From the NCBI GenBank assembly GCA_051294375.1, contig CM119268.1, positions 6,705,232 through 6,769,231 of the forward strand: 64,000 nucleotides of DNA. Direction: 5' to 3'. A program made the translations under genes and the position numbers. The notes below the pieces were generated by a model, which saw only the letters and a list, made by a program, of their open reading frames with translations, searched no databases and was not told the origin of the DNA. Below, piece by piece: positions 13,265 to 26,527 of this stretch (its first letter is position 1; each line of letters starts with the position of its first letter). This DNA is from Paraspadella gotoi (Eukaryota > Animalia > Chaetognatha).

Positions 13265-13761
13265 GATTTACGTCTATTGAAGGCACTAAGCAATTCATGC
13301 TAAGTCATTGGTTTGATGTGATTCATTGTCTCGATGACCGACCAAAGTCATTTCATATCTTAGAAGAAAAAAAATTTAGGTGAAGAAAGGGCTAAATATC
13401 ACTTGCTATCATCGACGTCAGCAACCATCACCATCACGCAATCATCACTTGTGATTATTTTTTTAATTTAATGTTTTATAAATAACTATAATAGAAGTAT
13501 GATTTCAAAATAATATTGAATATTCGTATTTTCCTTATAATTCAAGTCGCCAGAATAAATTAGAAGCACAATTCGGGGGAAAAAATGTAAACTTTCTATT
13601 TTTTCACAAGCTTAACGAGTACGATTACCTAACTCAGCAACTGTCAACCGTCCCAATTGATTAATTATAAATGATTAATCATTTAATTATAGATAACTAG
13701 CGAATTACGCGAGAATATTTGAGTTTATTTAGGTTGTTTTGACAAAGCAGATGGATTTTCA

Positions 13762-13835
13762 GAGACGGAGTCGGACTTGAACCAACTCTGACTCTGTGGT
13801 TGGAGACCAACAACCGCCACCATTTGTTTCCTCTC
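13762..13835 (-). pseudogene. Degenerate tRNA-like sequence (tRNA pseudogene or SINE head)
   Basis: The minus strand shows a clean T-arm GTTGG-TTCAAGT-CCGAC (B-box-like), partial acceptor pairing GAGAGGA/TCCGTCTC and a small TGG-TCTCCAA-CCA stem-loop. The D-arm and anticodon arm are non-canonical. Confidence 0.4.
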
Positions 13836-14084
13836 GAGAGACGAGGCTAGACTCTAGCCAAGGCAAGGCTTTAGTATTATTATTATTATTAATAATGCAA
13901 TATTTACGATCCAATATAAGTAATTTTTATTCGTAATTTTTCATTTTTATTTTAATTTTTTTATATTTTAAACAAGGCCAAGCATGTAGTTTTCAGTCTT
14001 AGAATCCTAGTAATTATTACAAATTAATTATTAAATTATGGTCTCGCATTTATTAAAATTAAGCAAAATACTAATTAAAATCGA

Positions 14085-14310
14085 GTACAGCTTGTGTAAA
14101 GTCCAGACGAATTTTATTTTGAATTTTATTAATCAAAATTCATTCGTCGCGAAATATACTTTTACAAAAATATTTTCTTTTCCTATGCTATGATTATGAA
14201 AAGAGAGAATAAAAAGAGAGAAAAGAGAGAAAGAGACAAACGTCGATATCTCCTATATTAAAAGAGCATCTGAGTTGTAGATATTCGTCTGGACTTTACA
14301 AAATTGGTAC
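14085..14310. mobile_element. MITE-like element with terminal inverted repeats
   Basis: Left GTACAGCTTGTGTAAAGTCCAGACGAAT and right ATTCGTCTGGACTTTACAAAATTGGTAC share a perfect 18-bp inverted core (TGTAAAGTCCAGACGAAT). The AT-rich interior is non-coding. Confidence 0.65.
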
Positions 14311-14424
14311 AAACTACAACCAATATAATGTTATACCGAAAGTTATACCGAAGGTTGCAAAAATGAATACGTTCCCATTTATTAAATTTTTATATATACA
14401 TATTATTTCATAAGTGAATATATA

Positions 14425-14471
14425 ATTAAAAAGTAAGAAATTTTATATTATAAAATTTCTTACTTTTTAAT
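14425..14471. repeat. Perfect palindrome, 23-bp arms, 1-nt spacer
   Basis: ATTAAAAAGTAAGAAATTTTATA-T-TATAAAATTTCTTACTTTTTAAT. Confidence 0.95.
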
Positions 14472-14763
14472 ATTCTGTTTTTTGTTTTTTTTTTGGAAAG
14501 AAAATAAATGGACAACAATTTTATGTGTTCGCGAGAATGAAAGGAATAACAATTGTGAATAATGAATAATGAACAAAATCAAATTCGAATAGAGAATCAA
14601 GGTATTGAATGTTTAAAGTATACGAATAGACTAAATGTATTCATATTTTTAATTTTGTTTATTTAATTTATTTATTTATTTATCTCTCTTTCCTTCTTTT
14701 TATATTGTATATTAATTAATTCTTTTTTAATTTTTTATATTTTTTATATTTTTTTTATATTCC

Positions 14764-14863
14764 TTCAGATTTATCAACATCTCTTTTACTAGTAGTAAAA
14801 GAGATGTTGATAAATCTGAAAGAACACATGAGTGTATGTAGTAATACTACATACACTCATGTG
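14764..14863. repeat. Two adjacent perfect palindromes (28-bp arms 14764-14820; 19-bp arms 14825-14863), each with a 1-nt spacer
   Basis: TTCAGATTTATCAACATCTCTTTTACTA-G-TAGTAAAAGAGATGTTGATAAATCTGAA and CACATGAGTGTATGTAGTA-A-TACTACATACACTCATGTG. Confidence 0.95.
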
Positions 14864-15149
14864 CAAAAAAAAGGCGCCACTTTATAACTTTAAATTCCAG
14901 ACGCTCTATAAAGATATTTTTAAAAATCATATAAAAAATAAAATTTTTTAAAAAAAGAATTAAGGTTTAAATTTTATTATAATCGGTTAGGTAGTTTAGG
15001 AGATATTATTTTTTAAACTTAAACATTTTTTGTTATGCTTAAATGAAATACAACTCATATGAATCATATGTTTGGTAATCTCTCTAATAGCTGGTACACC
15101 ATTAATTTTATAGTGTAACATAAAAATCTTTAAAAAATCAAGGTTTATT

Positions 15150-16200
15150 TCCCAAATGATGGATTTAAAAATCATCGACGATACTAGGACTATAAATTTT
15201 GTTTTTGCTTTCTATTCTGAGCAAGAATTGAAAACCTTTTATGTTATTTTTTCTGAAAAATCAATAAATAGGGTAAAATCAATGATGGCAGTTATATTTA
15301 CACCAATATCACTAATGTCCTTATTAAAAATACCCCCTTTGGTTGGCAGCCATCAAAAACAAGGTCTCAACCTTTACTAACAATTTTATTCGGAATTTAA
15401 ATGTTCACACCTTTATCACAATTAATTCCATCGTTTATAAAAATGCTTCCACTCTCACCAATGCTATCAAGTGCAGCAATACCACTTGTGCAACAGAAGA
15501 TAAACTTATGGTTAATGCTAAAAATAAAACATCAGTTGATGCAGCAATACAGATAAAATTTAAAGGTGAAGTAAATATCGCCGACGTTATAATGGCTGTT
15601 ATTGATATCCTCAATGCAGCGTGGCTTTCATTACCGTTTCTGAGCCATAACTTACCATTTTATCAGCATTGCTATTTCAGTTATATGCGCTATCTTTGCA
15701 AATTAGGAGCGGTACTTATGCTTTTCACTCTTTTCAGTACGGCTCTGCAATATTTGCAGATTCTGCCCTCTCGGCAGGTTTCCGCCCTTTCGGCAGGTTC
15801 CACCCTCTTAGCAGGTACGCTATTTTGGCCATTTCCGCCATCCAAGCTATTTTTTATATTCCGGTTATTATTGCCATCTTGGCCTTTTCTATCATCTCGG
15901 CCAAACCCTCCAGTTATAAGGCGACACCACGACTTTATTAGTGGGTTCCGCCACCTCCGTGGCCAGCACAACTGACTTTTATTTTAGCGGCTTGAAAGTC
16001 AGCTCTGCCTTTACAATCTTATGCCACTGTTTGTTTGTGGAGTACTGCCTTTTTTTCAGCCAGCAGCGCTTTTCCAAGACGTTACCCTTCAGCCTACACC
16101 CTCAGACATTCACGCTACTTATAAAAAACTTTTTGTAATGGGCAAGGATGTGGTAACAATTGTTTCGTTGCTATGGGATTGACCTTAACTGGCCACTGTT
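15150..16200 (-). mobile_element. Possible decayed retroelement remnant
   Basis: Stop-interrupted coding-like sequence with a Gly/Asn-rich stretch followed by C-x2-C (GRICKYCR, knuckle-like) and, downstream, ITAIID (faintly like a retropepsin motif). No convincing exon structure. Confidence 0.25.
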
Positions 16201-16263
16201 TGGTAGTTGGCTACTGATTTTTTTTTTAATTTTTTTTGTTATTATTAAAATATAATAACTTAT

Positions 16264-16503
16264 TATGTTATTATCCTACAAGAATGATGGAGGCTTTAAA
16301 CTACCAAAACCTGTCCAAAGTCAGGGGCAAAATAACCTATTTATTAAATGAATAGATAATTTTTATATTGGTTATACTTTTGAAATTGAAACAACCAATA
16401 TAAAAAGTATCCATTCATTTAATAAATAAGCTATCTTGCCCCTGATTTTGGACAGGCTTTAGTGGTTTAAGGCCTCCATCACTCTTACAAGATAATTACA
16501 TAA
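16264..16503. mobile_element. Foldback/MITE-like element with ~110-bp imperfect inverted arms
   Basis: TTATGTTATTATCCTACAAGAATGATGGAGGC...CCTGTCCAAAGTCAGGGGCAAAAT... is mirrored by ...ATCTTGCCCCTGATTTTGGACAGG...GCCTCCATCACTCTTACAAGATAATTACATAA. Related fragments lie at ~2300-2400 and ~44170-44220. Confidence 0.75.
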
Positions 16504-18693
16504 AAGGTCCCTACAAGCTTTCAATCAAGACTTTCTTATTTATTTTATAATTTTATCCCCCTACGCTATATATTCTTATATTAAAATGCTGAAAAATAGC
16601 TGGAAAGTAAACGCGACAATTTTTTTTTTCCGTCATGGTATTATTCACTATTGTTCAAAGTTGTAGCATAAAAAGAAATTGTAGCATGAAAAGAAATTTT
16701 GAATTTTGAGACGTAAGACTAAGTTAAGATTAAGAAACTCTAAATAGTATACTTTAAAATACGCATATTAAAAATAAAAGGGAAAGAGGTGGTGGTGAAA
16801 AAAATGGGAACGGAGAGATTCAAGAGTCAAGACTCGAGCATTGCCATTGCATTGGTGTATTATTTTTAAACTTCACTCTTCAGATGACATGATCATGGAT
16901 TATAAATTACAAAGTGTTTCTGTCGTTTCAATATTTATTATATTAATTATATTAATATTTTTTTCTCTTTCATCGTTTCCTTGTTTGGTATCCTCAAATC
17001 TGCACAGTTCATGACGTTCTGGGCCCCTGAGAATAGAAAACCTTTCATCCGTGGTGTCTCTCTTTCTCGCTCCTCTGATAACAAAATCTTCCTCGGTTCT
17101 TTTTCAGCTCGTTTTTGTCATGTAAGTCCACTGAGACCGTCCCATCTCACCTACTTCAGATCGTTGATCATAATCAAGTAACACCGACGACCTTACCTGA
17201 CTTATTTTCTAGCGTGAAGAAGGCATGAAATATGGTGCTTCGCTCCCAAATATTTCTAGAATGATGTAGGACCGAATGACACAACGCAATTGGATGAAGT
17301 CACCGACGATCCGTCGCACGAATACCGCCGAAGGAGGGGCGGCGCGTTTCCTCTTATTGTTGTTTGCTAACAAGGATGTATCTGCTTCGCTGTTATCCTA
17401 TTGTGGCGATGTTGTCATTGTTTAAGATAATTATCTTATACTTAGTTATGCCTAGTTATAGTATAATACTTTATTCGTCGTAATTTAAGGAATGTATAAA
17501 ATATTCAAGTAACCAATCTACTGGCAGGAACAATACGTTAAAAAGCTAATTTGACGGAGTTAATCACCCAGACCCGAGAGGTCGCCGGTAAACCTTCCAA
17601 GTTCCTCCACGTAAAAATTGAAAGTAATTATTTCCGTCTTAACTTTTTTCACTTTTGATATAATATAACATATTATGGAAGTATAACTAAAAGAACGCTT
17701 TCTGTTTTGTTGTTTTTGTTTTCTTTTTAAGATAGATAGTCTTTCTCTTCATTCTGATTCGGTTATCACCATCCCTCCCTCCCAAAGTCGTCGTTTTACC
17801 CTCGCCTCGGATCGTCCTCTCGGGTTGCATGAGTCGCCACGAAACTCCTTCGATGAAGGTGATCCACTCGAGGCGAATCTTTCCGATGGAAATCTCTCAA
17901 AGGTTGAGTTCATGACAATTCCCCGGGGATTCTCGAAACTTTCATTACGTCGAGAAAATCTCGGCACCATGGAACATGAGCGGAGGAGAGTCTCGTCATG
18001 TAAACCTCTTTATCTCTCTCGCTCTCTCTCTCTCTCTTTCTTTTTCTCTCTCATATTCGCTCTCTCTCGCCGGTAACTCAGATCCCTGTGGCTCATTTAT
18101 GGTGGGTAAGAGATGGGAAGGAGGTAAGTCGCCGTAATTCTGTTGATGAATCTTTCCTTGACGACGAGAGATTTATCTCAGGGTTCCATGACTCGTAACG
18201 GAGATATAGGGAACATAAGGTTTCGAATCGGGCTTGACGAGTGAGACAGCTCGGAATCATTTTTGTTGGTTTATTACACAGAATGGTCACGAAAAGCTGA
18301 AAGAATGAAGATTTTGAAATGAACGGATATTAAAAAAACAAATAAGAGACTTTATTACTGCTGTACAGTATACATCTTATAGTTATAACATTACTTTTAA
18401 TGAACATTATATTAGCCAGTTATGCTTGAGAGCGATTTTGGAGAAAATAATTAGAATAGTGATGTTTATAGCCAGTTTTGATTGATAAATACAAGAAACC
18501 TAAGCTAGAAATTAAGTAGTACGAAACTGTTCTTTTAACTTTTAATTCCTTTAATTAATCACGACAAAATTACGACAATTACGATTAATTACAATTACGT
18601 AATTTTTCGATGCAAAGGCCGAGTAATATTTCTTTTATCCTCCATATATTCCTCTTCTCATCCCCCTCTTCGACTTACCTCTTTCTTCACCAT

Positions 18694-18695
<2 letters not shown>

Positions 18696-18747
<52 letters not shown>
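18696..18747. repeat. (CT)n microsatellite
   Basis: Pure dinucleotide run. Similar (AG/CT)n runs occur at ~20447-20515, 26049-26141, 26460-26524, 37180-37228, 38518-38550, 50342-50420, 54358-54440, 58653-58886 and 59405-59460. Confidence 0.95.
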
Positions 18748-18751
<4 letters not shown>

Positions 18752-19684
18752 TTCGTTGCGTGTCTTCGTAATTCCGATCGTCTCTCGAGTTTTGACTTTC
18801 GTTCGTTGTTGCGGAATCGCCGAGGGCCTACCGATCGAGCGATCATCACTTCGCGACTTACCTTCGCCAATTCCATTTCTTTTGGGAGAGATTCTGATGG
18901 TGACGAACTTTCATTCAATTTTAAAAAGTAAATTAAAGAAATCTCCATGAAGTCGGACATTTAAAAGACAACATCAAATTTGAAGGTAACATAAGCATAC
19001 AAAAATTTTTATTAATTATTTATAACTTAAAATTTTTTTTTGTTTTCCCTAAAAGTTTAAAAATTACTATGAATATTTGTTATGACCTTATCACTATGAT
19101 GACATTTTTTACATTATGATTATTTTACTTTAAAGTAATTAAAATTTATCATTATTAAGTGATAATAAACTGGCGGCAATATTTGAGTGAGATAAAATTC
19201 AAACTAAGAATGATATACAACCAATGTTTTTATATAACATTTTGTTCCTCTTTTGTGCCACTTCGTCTTGAAAAGTTTTTGTTAAATATTAACTTCACCG
19301 ACAAAACTAAAATTAAACTTTTTCAGTTATTTGCCTGCTTCCACTAAGAGTAGCCTAACTCTGTAAGGTGGTTAGGAAATTTAAATCAAGCACCTGCTCA
19401 AACGAAAATTTAAACATTTTTTTAAAAAAATTGAATAGACAAAAAAATTTAACATTACTCTATACCCCATATATTAATTTTTTAATATTTATTTATAAAT
19501 ATATATTATATTTATTTATAAATTTATTTATAATAGGCTAAAAATTTTTTTAGGATTTTTTTTAATTTTAAGATAAGATTGACTCATTGAGGTAGCTTGC
19601 AAAAAGTTGTCTACACAAAGTATATTTTTTTTTCTCGATATTTTGATCATAAGTGGGTGAAAAATATGAAAAACTTTTTATAAT

Positions 19685-19718
<34 letters not shown>

Positions 19719-20443
19719 TTTCGATAATTTTATTACTTTTTCTTAATTTTTTCTAAGAACACATAAGAATCTTTGAAAGTTATAGTTATATTTTATATTT
19801 AACTTTTTATCAGAATCCATCAAAAAAAGATAAGATTGATTAAGAAAATTTTTTATCATTATATAGTAATATTGTAATTTTGATAGCAACAATAAAAGCA
19901 TTAAAATCGAACTTTTTTAAAAAAATATTTTTTTACCTGAAAGTATACTTCAAGACTAAAGTTTTGAACCCCCGCCCCGATTGAATTTAATTTCATAGTA
20001 GATTTCTACTTCCACGCTTCATTTTTCGGTTGTGCCATGAACCTTTCCAAATTACTTGCGCCTGAGGCCTTTTCATTTTAATTTCAAACTCACCTAGAGC
20101 AGTTTCAGCGGTTTCCGTTTCGTCACACGCATGTTCGCTTCCTCACTTTCGGTCTTTAAGTTTAACAGAGAATTCCTTATTCCAGTTTTAGATTTCATGC
20201 GATCCTCGAAAGAAGTCACATCCTTTGTCCTAACCTTTCTCCACGTCTCGAATACGCAATAATTTTTCTCTGTCGAAACCGCTTTCGAGTGATTTTATTT
20301 TTTTGGGCCCCGGAGCTAAAAGCGGTGGGGCAGAACGAGTGTGGAATGGAAAGGCGAGTGGGCCAAAGATAGAGTTCTGAGTGCAGGTGAAGTTGAATTA
20401 CCTCAAGCTATCATTCTGGAAGTATTTTCATGAGAAAGTGAGA

Positions 20444-20516
<73 letters not shown>

Positions 20517-23283
20517 TGCACCTGCTATTTTACTGATTGGAAGTTGGAACGTCGCGTGATCACCGGTTGTGACGTGGCGAGAAAGCAAACATTGGAACTC
20601 ACCTTCTGCGAAGGAAAGGAGAAAGATCGAGGAGAAAAGAAAGAAATCGATAGGAGTCAGCATTGTTGTCGTAGTTTCAGTATCGTTGGCTTTAATTTGG
20701 GACGTTCCAGTGACAAAGAAGTTTAAAATTTAGGTTTTTGTCATCTGTGACAAATCAGTTGCTAAGTTTTGATATAATCCTAAAATAAAAGCTCTTGAAA
20801 GTTTTAATTTTTATTATGAACCAATTATTTCGTTCCTCACTTGTTGTTTCCAATTTAATCAATAGCTAGTAAATTCGATTCGATATCTCTGCTTTTTAAG
20901 TAGTGATTAATATACCAAATGCATATAAAACTATAATTAAACTATAATTTTTCATTGCCAAAGAACTCGAAACGAATTCGTCGTTTTCTGAAATCGATTC
21001 ACCGTGATCCACGATGTTGCGTGACCAGTTTGAAAGAACGACCCAACCACGAGCACACCTTTATTCAAACTGGAGCACCTGAAAAAAGTGTCGATGGGTG
21101 TTTTTAATCGTTGTCAACCGTGTTACCACCTTTGTACGCTATAAATTGAAAACTAGCTAAAGTGAGTGGTAATGTTCAAATTACATTTTTTCTTTCATTA
21201 AATTCAGTAAACCGGCTTCTTTCTTGGCATAATGAACTAATCTCACTGAATTACTTTTTGAAAATTTGAATTTAAAGTCGAAAATAGCTATTAACGTCTA
21301 CGCATTATTTATTATAAGTAATAAAATAATATTAATATTAATATGTAATAAGCATTAATCAAGTTATGTTATGTATGATAAAATATTGATTTTTTTTTAA
21401 GGAACTAATTTTTTAAACAACGGTTCAATAATAAATGAATGAAGAGATATTTGGTAGTGGTATGCTCGAATAAATCGAAAGAGACAGAGAAAAAGAGAGA
21501 AATCACAACCAGTTTCTCTACTTCAGAAATAAAAGTATGCCGGGAAAACCACACAAATCTATTTTTACGCCCTTTCTTAGCTCTGAGGTAGTAAATTAAA
21601 TGTGTAATCATGCGTATGTTGGTAAAAAATTCATCCAACTGATGATTGGGCTAAATCTTTCAAATTTAAACTGAACAGTTATTTAAAATTTTAGTTGAAT
21701 CTAAATTTGGAGATGCGTGCTGCTCCCGGCATTGTGCTCCTGTGCAAATTTGGCGAGGTGAGGTGCTCGGCACTTCGTCACGACTCACATGTGACCCAAA
21801 AATCGATGTCGCGATCGATATCTCTTTCCTTTTCTCTTTCTCTCTCCTTTGCTCTCGCTCTCGCTCGTTTGCAGCATTGCCATGTGATGCGAATTCGGCA
21901 TTGAGGTAAGGCTGAGTGACTCAACGCACAGTGACTTCTACTCTTCCCTCCAATTTTACCCCACCCTTTTTTTGTTGATGGCTATTAAGCTTATTAATGT
22001 CAGACTTCGTTTTTGTCTATAATAAGTCCAAACCTGGCGTTTTTTCACTTTATTCGTGAAATTAGAATTCACTTTCTCGTCATCGTCCGAGATTCCTATC
22101 TAATATGATTCATCGGCATTCGATTTTAAAGGACTCACCGACGCCGTTCAAAGGGGCCAACCTGATCGTCTATTCATACAATTCTTTCATTTTCTTTAAT
22201 TTCGTTCATTGTTCTGAAGTTGAGATCGGACCGTGTGAATGGGATCGTCGTCGCCGATGGCCGCGATGTTTTTTTGTTGGATTCTTTAAATGAAAGAAAG
22301 ACAAGCGGTGGCCGGTGACCCTCACGCGATGGCGGAGAAATGGAAAGGACTACGTGAACCCCGGGGAAAATCCATACACCTTTTCTTTTTTTTCTTTCTC
22401 TTTTTCTGTCGTAGCGGATAGAGATAGGAATTCTTGGGAAAAGAGGAGACCGTTGGAGAATTCACGTCCGAGGAACAGGTTTTCCGCCAAGATATAATTC
22501 CGTCCCAAACGAAGCCACGGCCTACTTTCTCTTTCGTCACTGACAAAAGGACGAGCTCGGAGACGGCTTATTGCCTCGGTGAACCTTTTACTACGTTCGA
22601 ACCACGGTTATCTATCCGGTTTTTCTTTGGCTTTCACGATCACTATGGCAATTAAGAAAATTAATCATTGCTCCGTTTCTTCAATTTAAATTTAAAAGGT
22701 TTTCAATGCGACCCTTTGTTTTAAATTCGGTTAAAACACAAAGTCGAGATTTTGCGACGAGGATGCATCGAAAGGAGGTGGCTGCGCGCTGCCTCCCTCT
22801 CCTCCGTGATCAATTTCACGTGACGCGTCGTGTGTGTGTGCCTCACCTGCGCGTTTCTCTCACCTGCGACGAAGCTGCGATGCGGCGAGACGGAGAGACG
22901 GAGAGCCGAGCCTTACCTCACGTTATCGTCACGCAACCTTACCTGTTCGGTCTTCTATCGGTTTTCCAACTTCTTTTCGCGTCGTGCAAGTCCTTTTCTC
23001 TCTCGGTCTCGTGAAAAACTCACCCAACCAGTCGCGCTTACTTGATTTTCCAGATTCTCTTTTGGCTGACTGTCACATCAATTATTCCTGATTTTGAAAG
23101 AGTCTCTCACTCGTTACTCGTTATTTCACCTTTCTTTTTTTTTTAGTTCAGTTTGAAAAATCCTTCCCAAACAATGGGGTTGTCTGTAAAAATAAAGTTT
23201 AAATCTTGAAAACTATTTTACAAAGGCGGAATGAAACTTTTCAATTTCTCTTTATAATTAAAATCGTAAAAGTTTTTTGCAAA

Positions 23284-26063
23284 ATGTCTGCGTCCGAATC
23301 GGAAGAAGAGCTGGATTTCGGCGAACAAGTAATAAATTTATACTACTTTGGTCATAACAATATTAACGTGATAATTATTTTTTTTTAAATCTATGTGTAA
23401 ATTACTCATTACACATTACACTAAATTAAGTTATTAGTATGAACTTATAGGAATTAATTTATCTTAACACTTATGTATTATTTACTTCGTAATATTTTTT
23501 ACAAAGCTTGTTCAATTTTTAACCTCATCAGATGGTGCTTAATACGATGACGTCTCCAATCCCCTCGCACCACGTCATGGTCCCCACTCCCCATGGCTCT
23601 TTTCCAGCTATGGGTGGCATGAGCGCCGCCCATGGTGTGTCCCCATCCCCCTCACCCATGAGCCATCACAAAAGCCTACAAGCCCAGGTAAATACAAAGC
23701 CCTATTTGAATTATTATTTTATTCTATTACGTGATTTATTGTATATAATGTCGTCCAAAGGTGTTAACAAATCATGCGCAGTTGGAGAGGAACTTGTCCT
23801 CCGCGATGCTGGAGCACGCATTGCGTTTGTCCTCATTGATCGACGCTGATGTTTTCATCCTCATCGAAACTCCTGGAGCCTTGGGACCGGGGAGCGGTCA
23901 GCGACTATGGGCTGGGAAAAGGAGGTGATGTATTTTTGCGAAGATTTTTATAATGGTTTCACCGAAATCACAATAGACCGTAAAATTTTATCTTTTAGAT
24001 TAAGACAAAGTTTTCTGGAACGAACTCTGATTCCTCAAGATGGAGACTTGGAGTTCGTCACAAATCCGAGTCACGGGAGTCCTCACCCCGGCGGTGCTTC
24101 ACATCCCCTGCCTCCGCCTTTCCCATCACCTGTTGCCTCCTCTGAGCGCGACGCTCACCCGCCGCATCGGCCGCCTGCCTTCACCCCTACTTCCGCCTCC
24201 ACCGCCGCCGCTACCCTAATTTCCATGATGACCGATGGTCACGCCGCCACAGCTGCGGCCGCAAGAAATGCAGCTGCGGCCGTCACCGCTCAGAATCGTC
24301 ATCCGTCGCCAGTTAGCCGTTCTCACAATTTTGCCGGCGGTCTTTACAACAAAAAAGCATCAAAAACGCCACCCGGAGGAAGTATAAGCAGCCGATTTGG
24401 AGGTGGTAAGTTCTTTTACACTAAAAGCTAAAAAAAAAAGAAGGGTAAAATGAAACCAACTTCTCCAAAGGTTCAATGGCGCCGCCTCTCGATCCTCCGA
24501 TCCTTCAAGCACATCCCGCGGCAGCTTTTCCTCCGTGGGGTCGGATAGCCTCTCCTGAAGAGTTTCCAATACCGCCCATGAGCATTGCCGCCGCCGCTGT
24601 TCTTTCTTCGGGAGCAGCTTCCAATCCATCTCCTATTGAAACTGACATCAAACCCAAGCACAACCATCACAGGCGCAAGTCCGTCAAGACCCAGAGATAC
24701 GGTGGGAGGCCGCGGGATTCCGACAACGTCACTGTTAAGGTACGTGAAGAGTTAAACTACTCCTTTTTACCAATTTGCAAGAGTTAAGAGTTAAACTAGT
24801 ACTTAGTACTAATTTGAAAGAGGATATATTCGTCATAAAGACAGTTTTATTTTTACAGCTTGAAGAACACGAAGTCAACATAGAAACGCCAGTCAAAGAG
24901 GAGCAGTCTAAAAGCAACGTCGATGAAAAATCTTTTTCTTCGAAAACGGTAATTTTAGTACAATTGTAGTACAATCGTAAAAGTCATTGGACATCGGAAA
25001 TTTCGGGGTATAAACAATTTATTCGTTAACTGAAACAAGTTTGTGAGTCAGTTGCAATCGAATATGTCTCGTTGCTCCTCGAGGTGGTTTTCTTTTCGCA
25101 TTAATTACTCTAGTTTATGAACTTTCTCACACACACGCAGAGAGGCAGAGAAAAAGAGGGAGAGAGATTTCGTGACTCTCATTTTGATCATTTATATCCG
25201 GTTATCATCGCGATCAGCGTAGCGAAACCTTAGAGCAATTAAAAGTCTCGGTCCTCTTCACCCACTGCTTCCGGATAATCCTCGATGCGTGCCATGGTTC
25301 GGACAATTTCTCACGAAAGATCTTTTTCTTGGTCGTTTTTTTTGTCAGAGAAGAGAGTCCGTATCTTTTTTAGCTCTTTGCAATGTCATTTCAAAGGAAC
25401 GCACAGAGAGCTCATTGTGTTCGCTGTGGAACGAAAGAGAGAAATGTTTCGTTTTCTTTTTTTTCTTGTCTTGTGTATCTCGTTGTTTGCGAACGAATTG
25501 TCTCGCATGATGGTTTTCGCTTTCAGCCTCTCTCATTGATGAGACCTAACTTCCGCATGCGTGTCCCGAAATCAAAGTTTACGGGGATGTGTATTACCCC
25601 CTTCTTCACTCTACTTATCGGCCCGCTCCTCTTCCTCGTCTTCCGACTTGTTTCCACCCGATTCCTCTTCCTCCCCATTGTTTACAGACCGACGGCCATA
25701 AGAATGCTTATGGTTGACGATTGCGGCATGCGACTGTCCATTTTTATCTCCGTCGATCGTCGATGACAACGACAGCGACCAAATTAATCTCGCACCGTAG
25801 CCCCCTCCACCTTCATCGTCGTTGTTGTTGTTGGTTCCTTCCGTGACTCGTCCGGTCCTCTGTCATCATCTCGTTCAGTCGAGCGATGCGAGGAGAAATT
25901 ATGTCGAAAAATGAATATCTCGTCTCCAATAAGATGAAGTGACAATGCGCTGGCCAATCAGAAACCGACATTTGGATTGGTAAGGCTTTACGTGACCCTG
26001 GTGACGGGAGTGACGTCTCGCCCCGGGCCTTAGTCCTGAAGCAATGACTCTCTCTCTTTCTCT

Positions 26064-26149
<86 letters not shown>

Positions 26150-26473
26150 GTGTCTTTTTCAATTTTTTTGTCCTTTCTTTTTTCCTATCCTTCTTCCTTC
26201 TTATTTCTTCCTTTTTCTTTTCTTTCTTTCTTTCTTCTTCTTTCTTTCTTCTTTCTTTCTTTCTTTCTTTCTTTCTTCTTTCTTTCTCCTTTCTCTCTTT
26301 CTTTCTTTCTTTCTTTCTTTCTCTTTTTTTTTTTTCTTTCTTTCTTTCTTTCTTTTTCTCTTTCTACGAAAATCTAAAAAATAGGATGATAGCTTTTTGT
26401 TTCCTATCGAATTCCGCGACGCCGGAGGCTGGGAGAGAAGCGACGAAGCAAGGGAGGAGAGGGAGAGAGAGAA

Positions 26474-26527
<54 letters not shown>

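Noticed and set aside
15343-15975. 210-aa plus-strand ORF
   Set aside because: No ATG start, no recognisable domain or splice context; more likely the antisense of a decayed element.
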